From PVC group bacterium (lineage in GTDB: Bacteria; Verrucomicrobiota; Kiritimatiellia; CAIKKV01; CAITUY01), in assembly GCA_945890715.1 (NCBI GenBank), contig CAMDCX010000006.1, positions 3,497 to 67,496 on the forward strand: DNA of 64,000 bases. The letters are read 5' to 3'. This document shows positions 44,667-53,410 of this stretch, one piece after another. The notes beneath the pieces are model-generated. The model saw only the letters and a list, made by a program, of their open reading frames with translations. It ran no database searches and was not told the origin of the DNA. The translations under genes and the position numbers were made by a program. Position 1 is the first letter of the stretch. The number at the start of each line of letters is the position of its first letter.

Positions 44667-46001
44667 ATGGGTGGGCCCATGGATCTTTTTGAAAAAGAAC
44701 AATCTGAATTATTGACCCGTTCACAGCCGCTGGCGGCCAGAATGCGGCCCCGCACCCTGGATGAAATCGTCGGACAGGATCATATCCTGGGGAAAGGCAA
44801 ATTACTTCGCCGAGCCATCGAAGCCGATCGTCTGGGAAGCATCATTCTTTATGGTCCGCCCGGATGCGGAAAAACCTCGATTGCCGAGGCCGTTGCCGCG
44901 GCCACACGTCGCCGGTTTGAGCGAACCAGCGGCGTCCTCGCCAATGTGGCGGTTCTCCGATCCATTCTGGCCGCCGCGCAGCATCGCAAACGGGCGGACG
45001 GGGTTGAAACGATTCTGTTTATTGATGAGATCCATCACTTCAACAAGTCGCAACAGGATATCCTGTTGCCGCATGTGGAAGATGGAACCGTCACCTTGAT
45101 CGGTGCCACCACGCATAATCCCTTTTTCTTCATTAACAGCCCGCTGACCTCGCGGTCGCAGGTCTTTCAGTTAAACCCTGTATCTGAGGCCGATATCATC
45201 ACCCTCCTGAAGCGCGCGCTGGTGGATGAGCGTGGAGTGGGCGGCCGGCCGGTTGATGTCGATGAAGCGGCTCTGGCGCATCTGGCAAAAGTCTGTGAGG
45301 GCGACGGGAGGCGCGCCCTGAATTCGCTGGAGATCGCCGTGATGTCCACGCCGCCCGATGAGCAGGTGCGCATTCATATCACCCGCGCCATCATGGAGGA
45401 GTCCATTCAGAAAAAAGCCGTTGTCTATGACCGTGATGAGGATGGACACCACGACACCATTTCCGCCTTTATTAAAAGTGTTCGCGGATCGGACCCCCAT
45501 GCGGCCATCTACTGGCTGGCCAAGATGCTTTATGCAGGGGAGGATCCCCGCTTTATCGCCCGACGTCTGGTGATTCTGGCCTCAGAGGACATCGGCAATG
45601 CCGACCCGCGGGGTCTGACGATAGCCACGTCTGCCATGGATGCCGTAGCCTTTGTGGGTATGCCGGAGGCCCGGATTGTGCTGGCACAGGCAACAACCTA
45701 TCTGGCCACGGCACCCAAGAGCAATGCCGCCTACCTGGCCATTGACAAGGCGATGAATGATGTGGAGAAAGGGAGGATCCTCCCGGTGCCGCTGCATCTC
45801 CGAAGCTCCAGTTATAAAGGGGCCGACCAGTTGGGGCATACGGGCTACCAGTATGCCCATGATTTTGAGGGACACTTTGTTGATCAGGACTATATCCCTA
45901 CGGCAGCCGTTTATTATGAGCCCACCACGGCCGGCTACGAGGACATTATCACAAAACGAATGGCATCATGGAACAGCCGGAGAACGAAGATAAGCGGGTA
46001 A
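44667..46001 (+). CDS. rarA: replication-associated recombination protein A (MgsA/RarA AAA+ ATPase)
   Basis: LYGPPGCGKTSIA Walker A, FIDEIHHFNK, and a C-terminal MgsA domain. The start is either 44667 or 44679 (MDLFEKEQ). Confidence 0.9.
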   Translation: MGGPMDLFEKEQSELLTRSQPLAARMRPRTLDEIVGQDHILGKGKLLRRAIEADRLGSIILYGPPGCGKTSIAEAVAAATRRRFERTSGVLANVAVLRSILAAAQHRKRADGVETILFIDEIHHFNKSQQDILLPHVEDGTVTLIGATTHNPFFFINSPLTSRSQVFQLNPVSEADIITLLKRALVDERGVGGRPVDVDEAALAHLAKVCEGDGRRALNSLEIAVMSTPPDEQVRIHITRAIMEESIQKKAVVYDRDEDGHHDTISAFIKSVRGSDPHAAIYWLAKMLYAGEDPRFIARRLVILASEDIGNADPRGLTIATSAMDAVAFVGMPEARIVLAQATTYLATAPKSNAAYLAIDKAMNDVEKGRILPVPLHLRSSSYKGADQLGHTGYQYAHDFEGHFVDQDYIPTAAVYYEPTTAGYEDIITKRMASWNSRRTKISG

Positions 46002-46007
46002 AACAGG

Positions 46008-46583
46008 ATGACTAGCGCAGGAACCAAAGCAGAGTATCGATTGGTGATTCGGAAACAGCGGGCAGGGCTGGAGGCTTCCTGGGTTTCTGCAGCCAGTTAT
46101 CGCGTTGCGGAGCGGGTGATCGCCCTGGCCGAATTCAAACGCTCCGAAGTGGTGTGCTGTTATCTGGCGCTCCCCGGCGAGGTTCAAACGAAGGGAATTA
46201 TGGAGGCGGCGTGGAAAGCCGGAAAACGGATTGCTGTCCCGTGCGCCCGGGACGACGGTGAATACATGCCCGCCTGGTTCACACCCGATGAACCGTTGGC
46301 TCAGGGACGGTTTTCAGTCCGCCAGCCAGCCACACCGCACTGGGCCAAACCCGGATGTTTCGATCTGGTTTTGGTTCCCGGTCTTGCCTTTTCAGAAACA
46401 GGAGCCAGACTGGGACACGGACTCGGCTTCTATGACCGGATGCTTGCGCGACTGAGCCGCCATGTGGGGTGCAAAACCGGATTGTGTTTTGCCGCTCAAA
46501 TTACTTCCGGATTCCCTGTTGCGGAACATGATGTTGGAATGGATGTGGTCATTACGGAAAATGCGGTCTATCGGACAACCTAA
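46008..46583 (+). CDS. 5-formyltetrahydrofolate cyclo-ligase
   Basis: LVPGLAFSETGARLGHGLGFYDR signature. About 190 aa. Confidence 0.8.
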   Translation: MTSAGTKAEYRLVIRKQRAGLEASWVSAASYRVAERVIALAEFKRSEVVCCYLALPGEVQTKGIMEAAWKAGKRIAVPCARDDGEYMPAWFTPDEPLAQGRFSVRQPATPHWAKPGCFDLVLVPGLAFSETGARLGHGLGFYDRMLARLSRHVGCKTGLCFAAQITSGFPVAEHDVGMDVVITENAVYRTT

Positions 46584-46596
46584 AGGAAGGTGTTGA

Positions 46597-48153
46597 ATGT
46601 TTGAAATGATGATTACGGCGGCCTTGACCGCCGCTGCAGGATTGGCATTGGGGTACGGACTTCGGGTCTGGATGAGTGCGGTTCGTTTAAGCCAGATGGA
46701 ACGAGATGCGAACCAACTCCTGAAGGATGCCAAAAATGGGGCGGACAACCTTCTTAAGGATGCCGCACTCAAAGCCAAGGATGAGGTCTTAAAGGCTCGA
46801 GAGGAGTTTGAAGCCTCTACGCGGTCACGACGGGACGAACTGACCAATCTGGACAATCGGATAGCCCAAAAGGAATCCAATCTTGAACGTAAGGTGGCTC
46901 TTGTTGACAAAAAGGAGCGCGCCACGGAACAACGTTCCGCAGAGGTGGAAAAGCAGGCCGGCGAAAATGAGAAAGTCCGGGAGGACTTGGTCCGGCTTAT
47001 GGATGAAGAAAAAATGCGACTGCAACGGATTGCCGGAATGACCCAGGCAGAAGCCAGACTGACCTTGATGACCCGGGTTGAGTCGGAAGTTCACAATGAC
47101 ATTGGCGGATTAATCCGCCGCCTTCAGGAGGAAGCGAAGGATACCGCAGAGCGGGAAGCCCAGAAAATTGTCAGTCTTGCGGTTCAGCGTTATGCGGCCA
47201 GTCACGCCTCAGAATTGATGACCAGTAGCGTCGCGCTTCCGAATGATGAAATGAAGGGACGCATTATCGGGCGTGATGGACGGAACATCCGGGCAATCGA
47301 GGCGGCCACCGGCGTGAATCTGCTGATCGATGACACCCCTGAGGCAGTGGTCATATCGGCATTTGATCCGATCCGCCGGGAAGTCGCCAGAATTTCTCTG
47401 GAACTCCTCATTCAGGATGGCCGTATTCATCCGGCCCGGATTGAAGAGGTGGTCAACAAAACACGGGACGAGATGGATGAACGCATCCGACAGGCAGGCG
47501 AAGAAGCCATCTATCAGGTTGGAATCAGGGATGTTGACCCGGAACTGGTCCGAACCCTCGGGCGCCTGAAATTCAGAAGTAGTTATTCGCAAAATGTCCT
47601 GATGCACTCCATCGAGGTGGCTCAGCTCATGGGCGTCATGGCGGCGGAATTGGGTCTGGATGTGACCCTGGCGAAACGGATCGGTCTGCTCCATGACATT
47701 GGCAAAGCGCTGGATCATAACCTTGAGGGAAGCCACGCTCAAATTGGTGGCGATTTCCTGCGCCGACTCGGGGAGGCAAGTGTTGTCATCAATGCCGTGG
47801 CCGCGCACCATGAAGAAGTGCCCGGGGAAAGCCTGTATGCCATTCTGGCCGCCGCAGGCGATGCCATTTCAGCATCCCGGCCCGGAGCCCGTGCTGAAAC
47901 TTCGGAAATTTATGTGAAGCGTCTTGAAAAACTGGAAGGCATCGCCAATAGTTTCCCCGGGGTGGATAAGAGTTATGCCATTCAGGCCGGCCGTGAGATG
48001 AGGGTGGTGGTGCAACCTGAAAAAGTAAATGACCATGATGCCATGACTCTTGCCCGCAACATCTGCAAGAAAATTGAAAGTGAATTGCAGTACCCGGGAC
48101 AAATCAAAGTGATGGTGGTGCGTGAAACGCGCTGCGTGGAGTATGCTCGATGA
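46597..48153 (+). CDS. rny: ribonuclease Y
   Basis: N-terminal TM segment, coiled coil, KH domain (GRIIGRDGRNIRAIE) and HD domain (LLHDIGKA). Confidence 0.9.
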   Translation: MFEMMITAALTAAAGLALGYGLRVWMSAVRLSQMERDANQLLKDAKNGADNLLKDAALKAKDEVLKAREEFEASTRSRRDELTNLDNRIAQKESNLERKVALVDKKERATEQRSAEVEKQAGENEKVREDLVRLMDEEKMRLQRIAGMTQAEARLTLMTRVESEVHNDIGGLIRRLQEEAKDTAEREAQKIVSLAVQRYAASHASELMTSSVALPNDEMKGRIIGRDGRNIRAIEAATGVNLLIDDTPEAVVISAFDPIRREVARISLELLIQDGRIHPARIEEVVNKTRDEMDERIRQAGEEAIYQVGIRDVDPELVRTLGRLKFRSSYSQNVLMHSIEVAQLMGVMAAELGLDVTLAKRIGLLHDIGKALDHNLEGSHAQIGGDFLRRLGEASVVINAVAAHHEEVPGESLYAILAAAGDAISASRPGARAETSEIYVKRLEKLEGIANSFPGVDKSYAIQAGREMRVVVQPEKVNDHDAMTLARNICKKIESELQYPGQIKVMVVRETRCVEYAR

Positions 48154-48938
48154 ATATTCTGATGGTTGGAGACATGGTGGGTGGACCTGGCCGCAAGATT
48201 TTTGCACGGGTCGTCGGCCAGATGAAAGGACGCGGCGCCGTTGATGTGGTGGTTGCCAATGCCGAGAATTCCGCGGGAGGGAAGGGGATCACGCGGGTTA
48301 TCGCTGGTGAATTGTTTGACGCCGGGGCGGATGTGATAACCCTGGGGGATCATACGTGGGATCAAAAGGAAATCGCGTCCTATCTGGACATCGAAAAACG
48401 GTTGATTAGACCTGCCAACTTTGCGCCTGGATGCCCGGGGCGCGGACTTGTGACCGTGGAAACACCCAAAGGGCGGGTAACCGTTATCAGTCTGATTGGC
48501 CGGGTTTTTATGCCTCCCATGGACTGTCCCTTCCGGACTGTGGATGCGCTGCTGGCCAAGGAACCCAATATGGGGAAAGTGATTCTGGTCGATATGCACG
48601 CCGAAGCCACTTCTGAGAAGATCGCCATGGGGCGTCATTTGGACGGACGGGTCAGCGCGATTGTCGGCACTCACACCCATGTCCAGACCTCGGATGAAAC
48701 AATCCTTCCCAAAAGGTCGGCTTATATTACCGACTTGGGAATGACGGGACCGAAAGATTCCATCATTGGGCGGGATTACCCTTCCGTGATGGGGAAATTT
48801 CTCACGGGGATGCCCTCTAAATTCGAAATTGCGGAACATAACGTGGCTTTGGAAGGGGTCCTGATTGATGTGGATGAGTCCACCGGAAAAGCCCGGAAAA
48901 TCACACGAGTCAGGGAGTTTCTGGATCAGACAAAATGA
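48150..48938 (+). CDS. ymdB: YmdB-family (TIGR00282) metallophosphoesterase
   Basis: MNILMVGDMVGGPGRK and GDHTWD motifs. Lies directly after rny, as in Bacillus. Confidence 0.85.
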   Translation: MNILMVGDMVGGPGRKIFARVVGQMKGRGAVDVVVANAENSAGGKGITRVIAGELFDAGADVITLGDHTWDQKEIASYLDIEKRLIRPANFAPGCPGRGLVTVETPKGRVTVISLIGRVFMPPMDCPFRTVDALLAKEPNMGKVILVDMHAEATSEKIAMGRHLDGRVSAIVGTHTHVQTSDETILPKRSAYITDLGMTGPKDSIIGRDYPSVMGKFLTGMPSKFEIAEHNVALEGVLIDVDESTGKARKITRVREFLDQTK

Positions 48939-50215
48939 GCCGGGATCAGACAGGACATGGCGAGGTTCGCATCTTTTCCGTCACGGAATTGACGCGACAG
49001 ATCCGGGTATTGATTGAGGGGAACCTGGGCGGAGTGTGCGTGGAGGGAGAACTCTCCAACATTCGTCAGCCGCCGTCGGGGCACTGCTATTTCACGATTA
49101 AGGATGAGTCCTCCCAAATACGCGGGGTGATCTGGCGCAGTGACATGCGGGGATTGCTGTTTGTGCCCCGGGACGGCATGCGGATCCGGGCCTACGGCGC
49201 TCTCACTGTTTATGAACGGGACGGGAGTTACCAGATTGTCGTCAAGCGAATGGAGGAGGGCGGGAAAGGATCCCTGCAGGCCGCGTTCGAGGCCTTGAAA
49301 AAGAAATTATCCGATGAGGGATTGTTTGCCGTGGAACGGAAGCGGAAACTTCCCCTGCTTCCCCGACATATCGGTGTTGTAACATCCCCCACAGGTGCCG
49401 CCATTCGCGACATTCTGAATGTGCTCCGCCGACGCTTCCCGAATCTGCATGTGGTGATTTCCCCGGCCCGAGTTCAGGGCACGGGAGCCGCTCAGGAAAT
49501 TGCGGCAGCCATCGACCTGCTCAACCGGCAGGGCTGTATTGACGTGATGATCGTGGGGCGCGGCGGGGGCAGTCTTGAGGATTTATGGTGTTTTAACGAG
49601 GAAATTGTGGCGAGAGCCATTGAACGATCAGACATTCCGGTGATCTCCGCCGTGGGACATGAGACTGATTTCACCATCTGTGATTTCGTTTCGGATCTCC
49701 GGGCTCCCACGCCGTCCGCCGCCGCCGAAATCGTGGTGGGACGCAAGGATCAGTTCATTGCTGCGCTACGGGAACAAACCGCCACCATGGCAAGGCTGCT
49801 CAGGCATTCACTCCTGAAATCCCGCAGCCGGTTCACCCTGGCGGCACGCAGCTATGTCTTCAGGGAGCCGGGAAATGCCGCGCGGGTCTACCGGCAGAAG
49901 ATTGCACGACTCAAGGATCAGATCCGTCATTCCGGGGCGCGGCAGTTCAGGGAAGGACAACAGCATTCCGACGATCTTGCCGGGCGCATGACGCAGTCCC
50001 TGAACATGATGGTTGCCATGCGGGCACAGCAGGCCAGGAGCCTGGAGCGGCAACTGGCGGCCTATAATCCGCTGGCGGTCCTGAAGCGCGGATACAGCAT
50101 TACCTTTAACGCCGGGGGGCGGGCCGTGCGGGGCGCCTCGGAAGTTAAGGCGGGGGAACGGTTGCGGACGCGGGTGGGAGACGGAGAATTCAAATCAGAG
50201 GTGATACATGAGTAA
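48935..50215 (+). CDS. xseA: exodeoxyribonuclease VII large subunit
   Basis: OB-fold N-terminus (VCVEGELSN...SGHCYFTIKD) and a catalytic region with GRGGGSLEDLW. Confidence 0.9.
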   Translation: MSRDQTGHGEVRIFSVTELTRQIRVLIEGNLGGVCVEGELSNIRQPPSGHCYFTIKDESSQIRGVIWRSDMRGLLFVPRDGMRIRAYGALTVYERDGSYQIVVKRMEEGGKGSLQAAFEALKKKLSDEGLFAVERKRKLPLLPRHIGVVTSPTGAAIRDILNVLRRRFPNLHVVISPARVQGTGAAQEIAAAIDLLNRQGCIDVMIVGRGGGSLEDLWCFNEEIVARAIERSDIPVISAVGHETDFTICDFVSDLRAPTPSAAAEIVVGRKDQFIAALREQTATMARLLRHSLLKSRSRFTLAARSYVFREPGNAARVYRQKIARLKDQIRHSGARQFREGQQHSDDLAGRMTQSLNMMVAMRAQQARSLERQLAAYNPLAVLKRGYSITFNAGGRAVRGASEVKAGERLRTRVGDGEFKSEVIHE

Positions 50216-50516
50216 AAAAAAGACCGAAGAACCGAGCGCAAAACCCGACGGGATCAGCTTTGAAAAAGCCCTCGAACGGCTGGAAATAATTGTTGAGGAA
50301 ATGGAGAGCGGAAAGCTAAGCCTCGAGGACATGATGTCCCGATTCGAAGAAGGGCAGGGTCTTGTGACGGTCTGCTCATCCAAGTTGAACCAAGTCGAAC
50401 GACGCATTGAAATTCTGGTCAAGGAAGGGGACTCCATCACGGCAGAACCTTTTGAGGAGCGTGGGGAGACTCCCGATGACAAGCGTGATGAAGCCCCCGG
50501 CGGCCTGCCATTTTGA
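50208..50516 (+). CDS. xseB: exodeoxyribonuclease VII small subunit
   Basis: FEKALERLEIIVEEMESGKLSLEDMMSRFEEG is typical of XseB. Overlaps the xseA stop. Confidence 0.85.
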   Translation: MSKKKTEEPSAKPDGISFEKALERLEIIVEEMESGKLSLEDMMSRFEEGQGLVTVCSSKLNQVERRIEILVKEGDSITAEPFEERGETPDDKRDEAPGGLPF

Positions 50517-50530
50517 ACTGACTATCGACC

Positions 50531-51514
50531 ATGAATTCAGCAGTCATGACCGTTCCTGTGCTGGATGTCTCCGGGCTGAAAATTCATTTCACCTCGGCAG
50601 AGGGACTTATCCGGGCTGTGGATGGCGTTGACCTGATTGTGCATGAGACGGAAACCGTGGCGTTGGTGGGGGAAAGCGGGTGCGGAAAAAGTCTGACGTC
50701 CCTTGCGCTGGGCCGGCTCGTGAACGGGCCGGGAATGACAATCTCGGGAAAGATCCGTGTAACCGGGGCGGATGTGTTGAAACTGTCGGAGGCCGATCTT
50801 CGGAAATTGCGTGGCGCCAGCCTATCCTACATTTTCCAGGATCCCACAGCGGCTCTTAATCCGGTACAGACGGTAGGAAGCCAGATCGCTGAAGTCATCA
50901 GGCTGCATCGCAACGTCGCCGATGTGAATGGCGAGGTGATCCGGCTCATGAACCTGGTGGGCTTGCCTGATCCCGGAACGCGACGGAAAGTCTATCCCCA
51001 TCAGTTCAGCGGCGGCATGCAACAACGCGTGATGATCGCCATGGCGCTGGCTTGCCATCCCCGTTTGCTGGTGGCCGACGAGCCAACAACCGCCCTGGAT
51101 GTCACCATTCAAGCACAAATTTTTGCACTGTTAAATGATCTGGGGCAGCGAATGCAAATGGCCGTCCTGCTCATCACCCACAACCTCGGGCTTGTGGCCC
51201 GAAATGCCTCGCGGGTCTATGTGATGTATGCCGGCCGGGTGATGGAATCCGGCCCGGTTCCGATGGTGTTGAAAAGCGCGGCACATCCCTACACCAGGGG
51301 ACTGCTGGCCGCTGTGCCGCGCCTGAACAGGCCGGTAGCCCGAATGATGGGGATTGAAGGAACGGTTCCCCATCCTGCGCGGTTACCACCGGGCTGCCGA
51401 TTTCATCCCCGTTGCCCGCAGGCCACGGACTTGTGCCGCACAACCGAACCGGAGTTGCAATGCCTTGAGGAAGGACACGACGTGCGATGCCATTATTGGA
51501 AGCAAATTCAGTAG
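50531..51514 (+). CDS. Opp/Dpp-type ABC transporter ATPase (OppD-like)
   Basis: GESGCGKS Walker A, FSGGMQQR signature, [12 protein letters not shown], and a C-terminal HPYTRGLL oligopeptide-type domain. Confidence 0.85.
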   Translation: MNSAVMTVPVLDVSGLKIHFTSAEGLIRAVDGVDLIVHETETVALVGESGCGKSLTSLALGRLVNGPGMTISGKIRVTGADVLKLSEADLRKLRGASLSYIFQDPTAALNPVQTVGSQIAEVIRLHRNVADVNGEVIRLMNLVGLPDPGTRRKVYPHQFSGGMQQRVMIAMALACHPRLLVADEPTTALDVTIQAQIFALLNDLGQRMQMAVLLITHNLGLVARNASRVYVMYAGRVMESGPVPMVLKSAAHPYTRGLLAAVPRLNRPVARMMGIEGTVPHPARLPPGCRFHPRCPQATDLCRTTEPELQCLEEGHDVRCHYWKQIQ

Positions 51515-52332
51515 TCGTCCGGTACCAGGGACGTGATGAACATGGCCGTTCCCGCCTCTGGGCGGCGGTGGATGGCGTGTCTTTTTCAGTTGAAGAGGGC
51601 GAGCGCGTGGGACTCGTGGGAGAGAGCGGTTCCGGAAAGACGACCCTCGGCAAGGCACTTCTGGGAATTGAACCCCTGTCCGGGGGTAAGGTATTGTTCC
51701 GGGGCCATGATGTGCATAAAATGAAAGGGGGGGGATTAGAGGCGTTCAGACGAGGCGCCCAAATGATTTTTCAGGATCCCCTGGGCTCGCTAAACCCGCG
51801 AATGACCGTCGGGGACACGCTTGATGAAGTTCTGTTGGTTCATCGCCTGGCCGCAAAGGCCGAACGTCCAGCACGGGTTGACGAGTTACTGGGGCAGGTC
51901 GGGATGGATGTGGGCTATAAGAGGCGCTATCCGCACGAATTCAGCGGGGGACAGCGGCAACGGATCGGCATCGCCCGGGCACTGGCGCTCAATCCGGCGA
52001 TTCTGGTGGCAGACGAACCGGTGTCCGCCCTGGATGTATCCGTACAGGCTCAGATATTAAACCTGATCCGTGACTTGAGCGAAACACGGCGTATGGCCGT
52101 CATTCTCGTGGCGCACGATCTGGCAGTAGTCAACTATGTGTGCGATCGCGTGCTTATCATGAACAAGGGCCGGGTTGTGGAAGAGGGGCCGACACGGGAG
52201 GTCTTCAGAAATCCGAAACATCCCTATACGCAACTTCTGAAAGCCTCCGTGCCCGACCCTGATGATGTTAGGATCGTTACTTTGCCTGAGCAGCAGGAGC
52301 TGACTCGCCCTCCAGTTTCTCAATCGTGGTGA
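51487..52332 (+). CDS. Opp/Dpp-type ABC transporter ATPase (OppF-like)
   Basis: GESGSGKTT Walker A, FSGGQRQR, ILVADEPVSALD and HPYTQLL. Confidence 0.85.
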   Translation: MPLLEANSVVVRYQGRDEHGRSRLWAAVDGVSFSVEEGERVGLVGESGSGKTTLGKALLGIEPLSGGKVLFRGHDVHKMKGGGLEAFRRGAQMIFQDPLGSLNPRMTVGDTLDEVLLVHRLAAKAERPARVDELLGQVGMDVGYKRRYPHEFSGGQRQRIGIARALALNPAILVADEPVSALDVSVQAQILNLIRDLSETRRMAVILVAHDLAVVNYVCDRVLIMNKGRVVEEGPTREVFRNPKHPYTQLLKASVPDPDDVRIVTLPEQQELTRPPVSQSW

Positions 52333-52690
52333 TGGTCTTAAAAGCCCGCGCGGTCTTGTTTTTCTTTTCGAGTGTGTAGCCAAGCCCTGTGACTTTCACC
52401 TTGCATCCGACATAGTCCTCTATTTTGCCCTTGGGCACCCGGACTTCACTGCCCGCCTCATCGATCAATCGGAACCAGGTCATCATGGGGCTTCCATCCT
52501 TTTTTAGCTTTTCCATTTTCTTCACGGTTCCGATGATGGTTAGTTCCTGCGTTGTTAATTCCTTTTCGGCATTTTTGCCCGGGCTCGCCGCTTTGTCTGT
52601 ATTGTCTTCCGCCAGCACACCCGTCGCGACAAACGTCATCATCAATCCCAACAAGCCTAGTTTCTTCATGATCATTATTTTTCCTTTCAA
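52277..52690 (-). CDS. small secreted hypothetical protein
   Basis: Signal peptide MKKLGLLGLMMTFVATGVLA, followed by a Lys/Glu-rich mature region. The true start is probably 52669. The 3' end overlaps the oppF-like 3' end. Confidence 0.5.
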   Translation of the reverse strand: MKGKIMIMKKLGLLGLMMTFVATGVLAEDNTDKAASPGKNAEKELTTQELTIIGTVKKMEKLKKDGSPMMTWFRLIDEAGSEVRVPKGKIEDYVGCKVKVTGLGYTLEKKNKTARAFKTITTIEKLEGESAPAAQAK

Positions 52691-52756
52691 TTAACCCATG
52701 ACACCACATCCACGCGGATGCATTCCGTCATCTGTATAAAAAGGTATATCGGCTAA

Positions 52757-52778
52757 TATTAGTTATTGCAATAACTAA
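52757..52778. promoter_or_regulatory. perfect 22-bp palindrome (candidate operator) in a divergent AT-rich intergenic region
   Basis: ATTAGTTATTGCAATAACTAAT is its own reverse complement. It lies between the divergent genes at 52690 (-) and 52898 (+). Confidence 0.4.
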
Positions 52779-52897
52779 TTTATAAATAAAAAGTCCGCGG
52801 CTGCTTAAAATCTCCTTGTGTTTCAAAAGCCAATTCTGCATACTGTCTTCTGTTTTTTACGAACTCAACTAAACACGGAATAGGCAAAGGAGATCTG

Positions 52898-53329
52898 ATG
52901 ATGGAAAACGAGTCATTGCGCGAACCGAAAAATACAACGGTAATGTTTCTTGCCTTACTGGTGGTTGTTGTTGTCATCTGGGGAATTGTTGCTTCGGTAA
53001 TGGCTTCTAATCGGCGCAAGGATTGTGAGCGCCTGACAGCCGAAAAAGAAGCGATTCGCCTGGAAGCGGATCAGATCAAGCAGGAATGCCAAATCAAGGC
53101 TGATCAAGCCGAGAAACTGCGTCTCACAGCGCTGGAATGGACCCGGCAGCACCAACTACAGGTTCAGGAAGAGATGCGCAAAAAGTCCGAGGAAGCCGCC
53201 AGGCAGGCGAAGTTAAAGGAAGCAGCCGTCAAGAAGCCTGTTGTCACAGTCAAGGGCAAGGGTGTGCCGGTCAAAAAAGGCGTCAAAACCTCCACCTCGA
53301 AAAAAGTCACGAAGAAGACTCATTCGTAA
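52898..53329 (+). CDS. membrane-anchored coiled-coil protein with lysine-rich tail
   Basis: One TM helix (VMFLALLVVVVVIWGIVASV), a heptad-like Q/E/K region, and the C-terminal tail KKPVVTVKGKGVPVKKGVKTSTSKKVTKK. A terminator follows the gene. Confidence 0.5.
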   Translation: MMENESLREPKNTTVMFLALLVVVVVIWGIVASVMASNRRKDCERLTAEKEAIRLEADQIKQECQIKADQAEKLRLTALEWTRQHQLQVQEEMRKKSEEAARQAKLKEAAVKKPVVTVKGKGVPVKKGVKTSTSKKVTKKTHS

Positions 53330-53353
53330 GGTTTCCGGAAGCCGGATTTCTGC

Positions 53354-53384
53354 GGGACGCTTACGGGCGTCCCGTTTTCGTTTT
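53354..53384 (+). terminator. intrinsic terminator
   Basis: GGGACGC-TTACGG-GCGTCCC hairpin (53354-53373), followed by GTTTTCGTTTT. Confidence 0.6.
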
Positions 53385-53410
53385 CACCATCAGCAATTCA
53401 ACGAGGAGAA

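Noticed and set aside
47982-48839. 285-aa minus-strand ORF antisense to rny/ymdB. Similar plus-strand ORFs lie at 10031-10927, 17944-18660 and 15573-16298, antisense to the ABC ATPase, murC/B and the OM barrel gene.
   Set aside because: The reasoning is the same. The opposite strand carries strong family signatures in each case, while these ORFs have none.
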